A stretch of DNA of 64,000 nt from an uncultured bacterium (GCA_963713955.1 OY970216.1:72075-136074); one strand, 5' to 3'; counted from the first letter of the stretch, positions 46,908 through 57,211 are shown. Numbers and translations: made by a program. The notes: generated from the sequence alone by a model not told the origin.

Positions 46908-49166
46908 TTAAGTTTGATCTTCGAATGGCGACACATAATCGTCCTCGGTTGCGTTATCGTTCCCATCACCGCCGTTACCCGTTGCAGTACTGACATCCTC
47001 CTTCTTGTATTTTCTCTTGAAGAATCCCTGCCAGGAAATCTGTTTTTTCATTTGGGAGCGCAGGCCGAGGGAGCTTCCCCTATTTTCCTTAGTCCCTTCA
47101 TTTGGGCTCCCGGATTCCATAAGAGTTTTTCTGATTGCCTCCAACTCTTTCTTAAGGTCTATTCTCGTCCTCGTTAAGGCCTCTACTTGGTCCTTATCCT
47201 TACTATCGTTGGCTTCCTTTATATCATTTAAGTTTTTATCCAGTTCTGATTCTTTTTGTTCAAACCTGGTGAACTCCTTGCTTACGGCCTCTTCATTATC
47301 AAATCCTCCTTTACCCTTTCCGGAAATGAATGGGCTTTGTAACCCAGCATCAACCATATCTTGTTGTTCGTTAGTTCCTTTGGTTCCTATTTGAGTAAGT
47401 TGGCCATAGGTCATATAGGGAGCTATAGCATACAGTGTCTCCGGATCCATTTTAGACGCGTCCTCCACTTTACTCGTATACTTTCGCAGTTTTTCTCCAC
47501 GCGTAAGTTTTTTGTCGTCGTTGGCATTGGCCGCTATAACCGGATCGTATTTGGTGAAGTCGTCCTGCATCCCGTATCTCTTTATCATCCCCGTTAATTG
47601 TTTTTTCTTACCATCGCTTAACTTATTCAACCCACCCTTCTCGGCTAAGGCCAGGGCCGCCGGCAGATCGTCTCGCGTCAAGGAGACTATTTGTCTCTCG
47701 AGTTTATTTATGAGTTCGCCTTTGGTATACTTCTTGTTTTTTTCGAAACCCTCCTGGGTTACCTTCTTGGCTCTTTCTTTCACTCCTATGGAAGCCCCGG
47801 CCATGCCGGTTAAAGCAGCGCCCAAGATGGGGATTTTCCCCGCACCGCTTTCGGCCCACTGCTCAAACCACGATCGTCCTCTTCCCTCCTTGTCTTTTGT
47901 GACCCCGGCGGTGGCGGCTCTCCTGCCAAGGGCCGATAATCCCGCACCGGCTGCGCCTATGGTCGCACCTTTCATTATGCCCTTTGCCTTCTCGCCCGTC
48001 TTCTTGGCGACGCCGAGGAGCGCATGACCGCCCCAGACGCCCATGCTGTTCGCAGCCAAGAGTCCGCCGACGAGGAATCCGCAAAGAACCAAAGCATTTG
48101 TGACTTGCACCACAAATCCGTTTATAAGGGTGGAGCCGACCTGTGAGTTCGGATTCGAACTTAGTATAGATTGAGTAAACCCCTTAATCGTTTCTGCCGT
48201 TATTAATGTTAAATATAAGAAAAATGACAAGAATGGCGCTACGAAGGCCCACTGCATAAACTTTTGCCACCACTGCCTGCCTAAACTTTGGAGATTAGGT
48301 ATGGGCAATATTCCAAAAAGCCAGGGGAAAGGAGCCACCGTGAGGAGAAGGGTGAGCCATACAAATCGCGTAAGAAGCATCAAGCCATTAGCCAAAAGAA
48401 CGAGAGCCATGAGAAACGTGAAAGCAGCTATGAAAAACAAACTGACGGCCCCCATAAGGGAACCGGTTATTTCTGCGGCGCCGGACGTGTTGATATTTTG
48501 TATAGTGCTTGTGTCAATATTCAGCCAGCCCTGTGGGTTAAGGGCGGCCACTATGGATGATCCTATGTCATGGGATTGCGCATAGGTGCCGTTTCCTAGC
48601 GACTTGTCGACAAAGAACTTTGTCACAACATTCGTGAAGTCAAGTATCGCTCCGCCGATCATCAAGCTGAAGTTCACGACGATGGCCGCGGCGATGAGCT
48701 TGGGAAGCATTTTCTGGGCGCTGTACTGATTCAGGCGGAGGATCGTCATGAAGGCGATCACGATGAGCGCAAGAACGAAACCGAGATTCGCGATGTCGCG
48801 TGAAACCGTCCAACCCGAAAGAACGATGGGGAGCCGGGTGATGTAGGTGTTGAATTGGAACAAGAACGTTATGAGCATCGCGCCGAGGTAGAGTACCAGG
48901 CCGGCTATGTTCTGCAGCAGCCACAGGATGCCGTTTATGATGGGCCAGAAAAACCAATTACTAAGCCCGCTCAGTATATCATTCCCCAGGTTAACCGACG
49001 CGAAGGTGCCGGCGGCGGTGGTGGGTCCACCGGCGGCGGCCAATTGGAGTAAGTCGGTAAATATGTCGGCATGGGCAGTCTTGGGCAACGATAAGCAGAC
49101 AGTTGAAAAGACAATCAGAGTGATAAGTGCGGATCCGGAGATTTTATAAAGTGCCTTTCTATGCAT
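46908..49166 (-). CDS. VirB6/TrbL-like polytopic membrane protein
   Basis: GWTVSRDIANL, LIAAAIVVNFS, TRFVWLTLLLTVAP and WWQKFMQWAFVAP; charged C-terminal tail. Confidence 0.8.
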   Translation of the reverse strand: MHRKALYKISGSALITLIVFSTVCLSLPKTAHADIFTDLLQLAAAGGPTTAAGTFASVNLGNDILSGLSNWFFWPIINGILWLLQNIAGLVLYLGAMLITFLFQFNTYITRLPIVLSGWTVSRDIANLGFVLALIVIAFMTILRLNQYSAQKMLPKLIAAAIVVNFSLMIGGAILDFTNVVTKFFVDKSLGNGTYAQSHDIGSSIVAALNPQGWLNIDTSTIQNINTSGAAEITGSLMGAVSLFFIAAFTFLMALVLLANGLMLLTRFVWLTLLLTVAPFPWLFGILPIPNLQSLGRQWWQKFMQWAFVAPFLSFFLYLTLITAETIKGFTQSILSSNPNSQVGSTLINGFVVQVTNALVLCGFLVGGLLAANSMGVWGGHALLGVAKKTGEKAKGIMKGATIGAAGAGLSALGRRAATAGVTKDKEGRGRSWFEQWAESGAGKIPILGAALTGMAGASIGVKERAKKVTQEGFEKNKKYTKGELINKLERQIVSLTRDDLPAALALAEKGGLNKLSDGKKKQLTGMIKRYGMQDDFTKYDPVIAANANDDKKLTRGEKLRKYTSKVEDASKMDPETLYAIAPYMTYGQLTQIGTKGTNEQQDMVDAGLQSPFISGKGKGGFDNEEAVSKEFTRFEQKESELDKNLNDIKEANDSKDKDQVEALTRTRIDLKKELEAIRKTLMESGSPNEGTKENRGSSLGLRSQMKKQISWQGFFKRKYKKEDVSTATGNGGDGNDNATEDDYVSPFEDQT

Positions 49167-49167
49167 G

Positions 49168-51114
49168 TTATGGAGCTTTTATCTGGAGTATGCCTGTCCA
49201 AGCCGGAAGTTTCTGGAGTACGCCCTTCAAACCGCCGACGCCGACCTTGGTCAGTTTGTTGATAATGGCGTTTTGCAAGATGCTCCCGATGTCGGTAAGA
49301 TCCTGAGCATTGATTATGGAAGTTATGTCGGCTTGAGTCGCCTGCTGGGCCAATCCGGCGGAGATGTTAGAAGGCTGGGCGATGCTCCACGCGCTGTTAC
49401 CTTGGCTATCTAGACAATCATAAAACATATCACTACTACTACTGGTGAAGAATCTATTGTTCGCGTCTTTGTATGCGGAAGATTGCATGTTTTGTCCTGC
49501 GTCTTTGGGGATGCTTACAACGTTGCCGTTGCCGTCGGTCGTGGTAGTCAAATCCACTGGGTAACCGTAGTACAAATTATTGTTTACCCACTGTTGTGTT
49601 ACGGGAGACGTACCGGTTAGGGAGGATGTAGTGGTGAATTTCAGCCAACTATCGCACTCATACTGATTCTTATATCCGTTGCCTTGGTTCATTTGGTTCT
49701 GTAATTGCGTGGTAGCCGCCGCACTGGCTTGGGACGCGAGCTGTTGAGTTATTGCCGACTCGCCGTAGTAATTGTTCTGAGGCATCATGATCTCCTGATA
49801 CCCGACCCAACCGCCGGTCCGGAAGTCGTTATAGAATCCCTGGATGTTGTTTTGTAGAACCTGGTTTAGGGTGCAACTCACCTGCTGGTAGAAGGGATTT
49901 GTTTCTCTTGCGACACTTGGTATCTGAAGAGTCACTGATAGTCTGAACGGCTGGCAGAGTTGCGGAGCTATGTTTGAGATAAGGCGGTCGACGGCGTTGA
50001 GGCCGGCATCAGCCAAATCTTTCCATGGCCTCTGGAAATACTGCGGTGCGTTCACGGATATGGTACCGTTCTTGATTTGTATCCCGCCGTTTTGGATCCA
50101 GTCGACCGTCTCGGTTGTGAATTGGTAAAGAAGCGATCGTTTTATCGTTTCGACGGTTTGTTTCAAGAGGAGATCGCACTTGGCTCTCGTGTCGGCTATG
50201 GTCTCCTGGTTTTTTTGTTCGGCGTTCACCTGTTTGGTGGCTTCCGTACTTTTGTTCACGGCTGATTCTACGCTTTGGTCATAAACCGGCACTGTGCTAA
50301 GATTCAGCAGCGCTTTGGTTTCTGATGTAAGCTGGCCGGCCACGTTGTTGCTCACTTGAGTAAGCACCTGTTTTGCCTGATTTTCCACCCCCTGCTTGAT
50401 GTCGTTGATCTGACCATTGATTGATTTTAGCGGTTCGTTGTTGGGATTGGTCAGTATTTTTTGAGCGACGTTCTGGATATTAGCGCTACTGAAAAAATTT
50501 CCCAGTTGGCTGACGGAAACACTGGACGTACCGAAGATGTTAGTTAGAAGCGTTGAGGTCACAAATCCACTCAAGTCTATTTTGTAACTGCTTAAAGCAC
50601 TCGCGAACTTGTTTTGCAGTTGAGGCAGAAGCATAGCGCCTACATTCTTAGCTATCTGTTCCGGGCTCCCAACCGTCGTGTACCAAGCGTATTTCTGCGC
50701 TATTTCCGCCGCCGCGGTGCATGATTCCATCCCTGGAGGGTTTTGCGTTTCCTGGTTTGATAGAATTCCTGCGCCGGTTATCGGGCCGCCGGAGCAGACC
50801 CACCCGATAACGGGAGGACTGTCCGTAATGTGGGTCGAGCTTGCATAGTTCAAGGTATAGACCGGCAGCGTCGGCGTGGCGAAGGGGGTTGAGCCCGATA
50901 AGTCCGGTGCCTGTTCAAACACCGTGTTTGGAGGGTTCGTGAAATCGCTGTCGTTGGTTGGGTCCACCGGAGAACCGTCCTTTGTCCACACCAAAGTGTA
51001 CGCCGTGCAGTTGCCGGTTGTCGTTTGAGCTTCGGACTCATAGGGGAAATAAGCGGAAGACAGGGCGATCGCGACCACTGGGATCAAGGCAAGTTTTTTA
51101 ACCCAGTTTTTCAT
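49168..51114 (-). CDS. Large exported protein of the secretion cluster
   Basis: Signal peptide; TVDWIQNG, LCQPF, CTL, FYNDFRTGGW and PQNNYYG. Confidence 0.75.
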   Translation of the reverse strand: MKNWVKKLALIPVVAIALSSAYFPYESEAQTTTGNCTAYTLVWTKDGSPVDPTNDSDFTNPPNTVFEQAPDLSGSTPFATPTLPVYTLNYASSTHITDSPPVIGWVCSGGPITGAGILSNQETQNPPGMESCTAAAEIAQKYAWYTTVGSPEQIAKNVGAMLLPQLQNKFASALSSYKIDLSGFVTSTLLTNIFGTSSVSVSQLGNFFSSANIQNVAQKILTNPNNEPLKSINGQINDIKQGVENQAKQVLTQVSNNVAGQLTSETKALLNLSTVPVYDQSVESAVNKSTEATKQVNAEQKNQETIADTRAKCDLLLKQTVETIKRSLLYQFTTETVDWIQNGGIQIKNGTISVNAPQYFQRPWKDLADAGLNAVDRLISNIAPQLCQPFRLSVTLQIPSVARETNPFYQQVSCTLNQVLQNNIQGFYNDFRTGGWVGYQEIMMPQNNYYGESAITQQLASQASAAATTQLQNQMNQGNGYKNQYECDSWLKFTTTSSLTGTSPVTQQWVNNNLYYGYPVDLTTTTDGNGNVVSIPKDAGQNMQSSAYKDANNRFFTSSSSDMFYDCLDSQGNSAWSIAQPSNISAGLAQQATQADITSIINAQDLTDIGSILQNAIINKLTKVGVGGLKGVLQKLPAWTGILQIKAP

Positions 51115-51859
51115 CTTGTATTTTCTGGTCTATCTCCTTTTGTATCTGGGAAAAGGCGGAATCAAATTGGTTCGACCCTCCTTGATACAGGGCTATCATG
51201 AATCGAAGCGGATCGTCGCCGGATTTGGCGAGAGATTCAAAAACGTTTCTCTGGTGTATCAGGAGGGTTAAAAGATCTTTGTGTATACCAACCCAAGAAG
51301 GGGGAACTTTGATAAGTTCCAAAAGTTGTACAGCGGTGTCGAAGTTCTGCGCGGCAGTCGTGAAGGTGGACACGAGATCGGTGGTTGGCGTGGAGCTTGC
51401 ACTGAAAGTCGGGATGTCGGAAATAACCTGGTCTGCGTAGAGGAGATAGAACATCTGTGCTGACTTTGAGTCATCCGTGCCGACTGCGATGTCGGAACTC
51501 GTCACCACCTCGCTGGCATACTCATTGTCTATTATTTGGGATATTGTGTCTTGAATATCGGCTGAATTGGATGGGATAATACTGGGGGAGCCTTTGTTTT
51601 GATAAAGATTGTTATTTACTGCATTCTCGAAAGTTTTATTGGCGAAGTCGAGTGTCAGGTTCTCGAGCGGTGACGACTGGTAAGCCAGAGTCGGATCCGG
51701 CAGTTGGTTTTCTTGGCCCTTTACCACCCGTATCGAAGACCCATTGTTTTTCGAAGCTGGGCTGAATATCAGGTAGGCGCTCCAGGAGAGTGCAACGGCT
51801 AATATGACCGCACTTATCACCTTCCTGTTTCTTTTGGTTAGTTTCCTTTTGATTTTCAT
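51098..51859 (-). CDS. Membrane-anchored hypothetical protein
   Basis: N-terminal TM, NLT motif and IKVPPSWVGIH helical domain. Confidence 0.75.
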   Translation of the reverse strand: MKIKRKLTKRNRKVISAVILAVALSWSAYLIFSPASKNNGSSIRVVKGQENQLPDPTLAYQSSPLENLTLDFANKTFENAVNNNLYQNKGSPSIIPSNSADIQDTISQIIDNEYASEVVTSSDIAVGTDDSKSAQMFYLLYADQVISDIPTFSASSTPTTDLVSTFTTAAQNFDTAVQLLELIKVPPSWVGIHKDLLTLLIHQRNVFESLAKSGDDPLRFMIALYQGGSNQFDSAFSQIQKEIDQKIQDEKLG

Positions 51860-51950
51860 AGCTCACTTTTGCATGCGCCTTTTGAAATTAACGCTAAAAA
51901 CCGCAGGCACACCAATTCCTGACTTTAATTATACAATATTAGAACGGTAC

Positions 51951-52340
51951 TTAAAATGGTAGGAGAGAGGTTCCTATAGAGAAAATTGGATAAGCTACTT
52001 GCGGTACCGGTATCGGAGGTGTTGTAGCGGTATAACATGGGAGTGGTGTAGTGAGATATAATCCAAGCGTCCATGCCCCAGTGAAAAATACCCTGTAACT
52101 ATAAGTGATAGTGGTTGGTAAAATGATCAACCATAACCCCGTCGGCGATATCCCGGACCTAATTGACATTGGGGCGTTCATTGCCGGCGGTATTCCGCAA
52201 AGTATATCTGGGACCGGATTTAATAGAACCTTATCACCAAAAGGGGTATAAATACTTATGGCTTCTACTTCTTTAGCGCCGGCAGCACCCACCGCGATAA
52301 AAAACACCGCTATCAATGTCAAAATCAACGTTTTCTTCAT
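51951..52340 (-). CDS. Small secreted protein
   Basis: Signal peptide; PFG..C..GAWTLGLY..C..IGTS. Confidence 0.7.
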   Translation of the reverse strand: MKKTLILTLIAVFFIAVGAAGAKEVEAISIYTPFGDKVLLNPVPDILCGIPPAMNAPMSIRSGISPTGLWLIILPTTITYSYRVFFTGAWTLGLYLTTPLPCYTATTPPIPVPQVAYPIFSIGTSLLPF

Positions 52341-52348
52341 ACTTTGAT

Positions 52349-53170
52349 TTAATTATACAACATTCCGAACATTTTTATTGTGTTTTCAAGAGAGATATCT
52401 TGCGGCCGGTCGTTCGGGTCGATGTTTATTTCTTTTAATTTACTCGCTATTGCCTCCTTGTCGCGGGTGGGTGCTAGATTATTGAGTATTGTTTTTCTCG
52501 GTTGTTTGAATAACGCACGAAGAAACTTGTAGTACTCGGCCTCCCGAGCGCCTTCAGTGCACGGGAGGCTTCGGGGGGTGAGTCTTATGACGGTGGAATC
52601 GACTTTGGGCGGCGGAGAGAATTCTTTCTTGCCGACGCGAGCGATAATCTTCGGCGATGACCAGGACTGGGTCACGGCAGCGAGGAGGTTCATGTTCGGA
52701 GGTTTTGCGACAATTCTCTCGGCAACCTCTTTTTGGATCAACAAGGTTATGATCTTCGGTTTGTGCCCGAGTTCGCTCAAAATCCGGAGCAGGTGTCCGG
52801 TGATGTAGTAGGGGATGTTGCCGACCACCTTGTAGTCGGAATTTTTAATTTCTAATTTCGAATTTCTAGTCAACGATGGCAGAATGGTCAGGGCATCGCC
52901 GTTTACGATTTCTAGCTTCGGCATTTCACCGTTAGAAGTTGATTCGGCGTTAGGAATCAGGAACTTGGCGTTCTCTTTCAATGAACTTACCAGGGAATGG
53001 TCTTTCTCTACGGCTACGACTTTGATCGGATGTTTCAATAGTTGTCCTGTCAGCTCCCCGTGCCCCGGCCCAATCTCGATAACGATATCACCGCCTTGCA
53101 AATTTAAGGAGTCCACGATCTCTCGCAGTATCTTCTTATTTTTCAGAAAGTGTTGACCGAGATATCGCAT
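52349..53170 (-). CDS. rsmA: 16S rRNA m6,2A dimethyltransferase
   Basis: LGQHFL, VIEIGPGHG, VGNIPYYIT, QKEVAERI, FSPPPKVDS and RKTILNNL. Confidence 0.95.
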   Translation of the reverse strand: MRYLGQHFLKNKKILREIVDSLNLQGGDIVIEIGPGHGELTGQLLKHPIKVVAVEKDHSLVSSLKENAKFLIPNAESTSNGEMPKLEIVNGDALTILPSLTRNSKLEIKNSDYKVVGNIPYYITGHLLRILSELGHKPKIITLLIQKEVAERIVAKPPNMNLLAAVTQSWSSPKIIARVGKKEFSPPPKVDSTVIRLTPRSLPCTEGAREAEYYKFLRALFKQPRKTILNNLAPTRDKEAIASKLKEINIDPNDRPQDISLENTIKMFGMLYN

Positions 53171-53172
53171 GT

Positions 53173-54102
53173 TTGTGTTGTTTGCATATGTTCGCGTGTT
53201 GGTGTTATACTACTACTATTAGTACTTTGCTCAAATATGCAAAGACCTATGCGAGGTCTTCTTTGAGGTCCGGGATCTTCTGGGCCGCCTTTTTATTTGT
53301 GTCGGTGGCTATTGTATTTTCTGTTTTGAAAGTACGTGCGGATGGCGGCGGATCTGCGACAGACCCGAATTTCGGGGGACCCATCGAGACCCCCCCGGAT
53401 TCGTACGTTTATTCCGTAAGCGGCGGAACCGCTGCCGTCGACGATGCCGCGCTGGGCAATCTTTTTGTTTCGGAATCAGGCGTCATCGGCGGTCAAAATC
53501 CGCTGATCGGCATGATTCCGCTGGGGAACGGGATCGTCAAATATAAAGTCAAAAAGGGAGACACCGTGTCCGGCATCGCTGAAGAATTCAGGACCGTGGC
53601 GGAGAACGTGCAGGCGACAAACGGGAATGCTCTCAAGAGCGTCCGTCCGGGCGATTGGGTCATCATAGCGACGGTGGTTACTTCAAGCACCGCTCCTTCA
53701 GCAGGGGTATCAAATCTCCCCGATCTTAAAAACTATTTCAGCCTTCCGGCGGTGGGATGGAATTGGGGACAACTCCATGATTACAATGCCGTGGATATCG
53801 CGAATCAGTGCGGGACGCCTGTCTCCGCGGCCGCGGAGGGACTTGTGATATCGGATCCGAATCTGGGAGACGGATCAAGCGGATGGAATGACGGATACGG
53901 CGTCTTTGTTTTTATTGAACATCCAAACGGGACCAAGACGAGGTACGCTCACCTTGCGAAGGCGCTCACCAAGATCGGCGACTACGTGAAGAAGGGGCAG
54001 GAAATCGGGCTTATGGGCAACACTGGCAACACCCATGGACCAACGGGTTGCCATCTCCATTTCGAGGTTTACGGCGCGAAGAACCCGTTCGCCATACAAT
54101 AA
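53173..54102 (+). CDS. LysM plus M23 family peptidase (start uncertain)
   Basis: YKVKKGDTVSGIA; HDYNAVD, TRYAHL and GNTGNTHGPTGCHLHFEV. Confidence 0.9.
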   Translation: MCCLHMFACWCYTTTISTLLKYAKTYARSSLRSGIFWAAFLFVSVAIVFSVLKVRADGGGSATDPNFGGPIETPPDSYVYSVSGGTAAVDDAALGNLFVSESGVIGGQNPLIGMIPLGNGIVKYKVKKGDTVSGIAEEFRTVAENVQATNGNALKSVRPGDWVIIATVVTSSTAPSAGVSNLPDLKNYFSLPAVGWNWGQLHDYNAVDIANQCGTPVSAAAEGLVISDPNLGDGSSGWNDGYGVFVFIEHPNGTKTRYAHLAKALTKIGDYVKKGQEIGLMGNTGNTHGPTGCHLHFEVYGAKNPFAIQ

Positions 54103-54146
54103 ATAGTATCAAGTAGTTAGTATTGTTATTCATACTAAGTACTAAT

Positions 54147-55679
54147 TTACTCTTCTTTGATTCTGTACTGAAACGCTTCGGCGAGGTGCGATACGGTGAC
54201 TTCCGGGGAATTTTCCAGGTCGGCGATGGTTTGAGCAACCTTGAGCGTCCGATAGTATCCTCTCGCCGATATGAGGTTTTTGTCCATCACCTCTTTCAAA
54301 AATTCCTCGGCTGATTTTCCCATCTTTATGACTTCGTCGGCCTCTCTTGAGTTCATTTCCGAATTTGTGTAAATCTCCGCGTTCAGTTTTACGAACCTCT
54401 CCTTTTGGATGTTTCTTGCGGCCGATACCTTCCCTCTCGTGCCGTCGTCACCCGTTTTTACGGCGGACATAAGTTCCCCGCTCTTTACCCTTGGGACGCT
54501 CGCTTGAATGTCTATCCGATCGAGGAGCGGCCCCGACAGTTTCTTGTGGTATCTGAAAACTTCGTTCGCGGTGCAAACACACTCTTTCTTGGGATCTCCG
54601 AAATAGCCGCAGGGGCAGGGATTTTTGGCTGCGACGAGCATGAAGCGGGCCGGATACTCGACCACCTTCTTGGCTCTCGACACGGTTACTCTTCCGCTTT
54701 CAATGGGTTGTCGCAGGGCCTCAAGGACGTCGCGGTGGAATTCCGGCAGTTCGTCAAGGAAAAGGACCCCCCGGTGAGCCAGGCTTATCTCGCCTGGTCT
54801 TGGGTTTTGCCCGCCCCCCACGATGGCTATGAGAGAAGAAGTGTGGTGGGGCGATCTCGTGGGTCTCGAGCTTACTGAATGTATTCCCTCGGTCAGGAGT
54901 CCGGCAGCGCTCCAAATCTCTGTCATCTCTATGATCTCCTCATAGGACGGCGGCGGAAGGATCGACGCGAGAGCTTCGGCGAGCATGGTCTTCCCGGTAC
55001 CCGGGGGGCCGGACAACAAAACGTTGTGCCCGCCGGCGGCCGCTATAGTGAGCGCTCTCTTGGCTGCCGCTTGGCCCTTGACGTCCCAGAGATTTATGCG
55101 TGCCTTCGGCGGGGCATCGCCGACGATTGTTTTCGGTTGCGCCTTTATTTTTCTGAACCCTTCCAGGTGTTCCATAATCTCCGCGAGGCTCCCGACAGGC
55201 ATTATTTTTAAATCCTCCACCATCGCCGCTTCCTCGGCGTTTTCTTTCGGCAGAAAAAACTCCCGGAACCCTTTCCTCTTTGCGGATACGGCCATGTTCA
55301 AGGCACCGCTGATCGGCCGGAGCGTGCCGTCGAGGGAGAGCTCTCCGGCAAACATCTTTCTTCCGCTTTCAAACTCGGCTATCTGTTCGCTCGCGAGGAG
55401 ATAAGAAAGGGCTATCGGCAGGTCAAAATGCGATCCGATTTTTTTGACGTCGGCTGGCGCAAGGTTAATGGTTATCTTCCGGTTTTCTTTGGTGGGAGGT
55501 TTGATACCCGAGTTTTTGAGGGCCGAATTGACCCTTTCTTTGGCTTCGGAAACGGCCTTATCGGCCAGTCCCACGATGTTGAAGGAGTGGAGGCCGACGT
55601 TCAAATCGGCCTCCACTTCGATGAGGTCGGCGTTTATTCCTTCCAATTCCGCGGAGAAAAGTTTTGGAACCCGAAGCAT
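54147..55679 (-). CDS. comM: YifB/ComM Mg-chelatase-like AAA+ ATPase
   Basis: IVGLADKAVSEAKERV, INLAPAD, GPPGTGKT, PGEISLAHRGVLFLDE and NPCPCG. Confidence 0.93.
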   Translation of the reverse strand: MLRVPKLFSAELEGINADLIEVEADLNVGLHSFNIVGLADKAVSEAKERVNSALKNSGIKPPTKENRKITINLAPADVKKIGSHFDLPIALSYLLASEQIAEFESGRKMFAGELSLDGTLRPISGALNMAVSAKRKGFREFFLPKENAEEAAMVEDLKIMPVGSLAEIMEHLEGFRKIKAQPKTIVGDAPPKARINLWDVKGQAAAKRALTIAAAGGHNVLLSGPPGTGKTMLAEALASILPPPSYEEIIEMTEIWSAAGLLTEGIHSVSSRPTRSPHHTSSLIAIVGGGQNPRPGEISLAHRGVLFLDELPEFHRDVLEALRQPIESGRVTVSRAKKVVEYPARFMLVAAKNPCPCGYFGDPKKECVCTANEVFRYHKKLSGPLLDRIDIQASVPRVKSGELMSAVKTGDDGTRGKVSAARNIQKERFVKLNAEIYTNSEMNSREADEVIKMGKSAEEFLKEVMDKNLISARGYYRTLKVAQTIADLENSPEVTVSHLAEAFQYRIKEE

Positions 55680-55701
55680 TAGGTTACCCCCTCGATATGT
55701 T

Positions 55702-56043
55702 TTATTTCCCCCTTTGCGCCATTTTACACTTTTTACAGAGAATAGATTCAGGATCTACTTCAAGCACTTCCATTTCTATCTTCCCGCCGCATTTCTCGCA
55801 GATGCCGTAGGTGCCGTTTTCCATCATTTCGAGCGCTTTACCTATCTGCTTCAATCTCGCGTCTTGGCTCTGTTTTACGCTCAAATAATTGGCCATCTCC
55901 TCCGATTCGTCCGTTTCTTCCTCCAAGTGATCCGTATCGTCCCCGAAATCGAGTTCCGATTCGAATCTCTTCATGTTCCCTTCTATGAGATTCTTTTCTG
56001 CGAGGAGCCTCTCTTTTAATTTTTCCAGTTCTTTTTTGTTCAT
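55702..56043 (-). CDS. DksA/TraR C4 zinc-finger protein
   Basis: ALEMMENGTYGICEKCG..LCKKC. Confidence 0.9.
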   Translation of the reverse strand: MNKKELEKLKERLLAEKNLIEGNMKRFESELDFGDDTDHLEEETDESEEMANYLSVKQSQDARLKQIGKALEMMENGTYGICEKCGGKIEMEVLEVDPESILCKKCKMAQRGK

Positions 56044-56122
56044 TATGTTTTTATTAGTATTAAAAACCTGATCCTTTATGTTATGGGGATCGCGGGGATA
56101 AGTGCGCGTCTTTTTGTCCGGT

Positions 56123-57211
56123 TTACTGCAGACTTTGAACAGCTAGTTTGTACCCGTCGTAAGAAGAAGATATAACAAGGACGTCATTCTTCCAGCCGTA
56201 ATCCAGGCCGTATCCGTTTTTACTGAAGAGGACGTATCTATTGAAAGTCGTCGCATCACCGCTCTTCCAGGCACCCTCCGTTCCGGGATCTTCACCCCAA
56301 AAATTCTTCAGATTCGTATTTGCTTCAAAAATCTGCCCGAACGTTGCCTTCTCATCCACCAGGGAAGATGTGGCCGAAAGCTTGGCGACAAGCCCGAGGG
56401 AGCGATTACCTTGCGCGTCAACGTAGGCAAACTCGGCTGTATAGGCCGGATCAAAAGCCTGGTTCAGTCCCGACTGCGTAAGATCCATCGATATGAGCGA
56501 TTTCATGATGTCGGAGAAAGCAATCGGATTCCCATTTTGATCCTGGGGAACAACCTCCACGAGAGCGGGGGTTTTCGTCGTCGTGAGATCAACTGTTTTG
56601 AGGTTGATTGAGCTTACGATGACCGGGGAATTTATAGAGGCGTCCGTTGTCTGGAAAAGTGATGAGTGGACGATCGGTGCGGGAGTAGTTGTCGGGGAAG
56701 AGGTTTCGTTGGTGGAAGTGGGAACGGGAGGCGTAGCATTTCCGCCGATCGGCGGGAGTGCGTTATTGTTCGCCGGCGTGTTCGTTGCCGGAGGATTTGT
56801 CGCGACTGTCGGCGCCTTGGTTCCTCCAAACATGGGGTAGACGAGGAAATATCCTATGGCGGCGAGCGCTATGACAACGAGAAAAACCACCACGCCCACC
56901 ATCATCCCCTTTCCTTTTTTTGGTTTTGGCACCCCTCCCGGCGGGAGCCCTTCTTGTGTTCCGCTCGTGTCCATTGCCGGTCCTGGAATCTGGAAATCGG
57001 TGCTCTCGGATTTTTGCGCGGGCGCCTGCGGGGCTGGACCCGAAGCTGCCGGCGCATAAGACTGCGGCACGCTGCCGCTTCCGACCGAGTTCAAGTCCGA
57101 GGCCATCGTTCTCACGTCGACGTTCTGATTCTGCCCGCCAGCCGGACTGACAGGACCGCCCCCTCCCATCGGGGCAGACGGCGGATTTGGGTTAAAGTTT
57201 TGATCTGCCAT
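56123..57211 (-). CDS. Bitopic membrane protein with Pro-rich regions
   Basis: VRTMASD motif, central TM and Pro/Thr linker. Start at MADQNF. Confidence 0.75.
   Translation of the reverse strand: MADQNFNPNPPSAPMGGGGPVSPAGGQNQNVDVRTMASDLNSVGSGSVPQSYAPAASGPAPQAPAQKSESTDFQIPGPAMDTSGTQEGLPPGGVPKPKKGKGMMVGVVVFLVVIALAAIGYFLVYPMFGGTKAPTVATNPPATNTPANNNALPPIGGNATPPVPTSTNETSSPTTTPAPIVHSSLFQTTDASINSPVIVSSINLKTVDLTTTKTPALVEVVPQDQNGNPIAFSDIMKSLISMDLTQSGLNQAFDPAYTAEFAYVDAQGNRSLGLVAKLSATSSLVDEKATFGQIFEANTNLKNFWGEDPGTEGAWKSGDATTFNRYVLFSKNGYGLDYGWKNDVLVISSSYDGYKLAVQSLQ

Noticed and set aside
39835-52340. Integrative conjugative element or prophage
   Set aside because: There is no integrase, relaxase, att repeats or phage structural genes, and the cluster is embedded among core genes.
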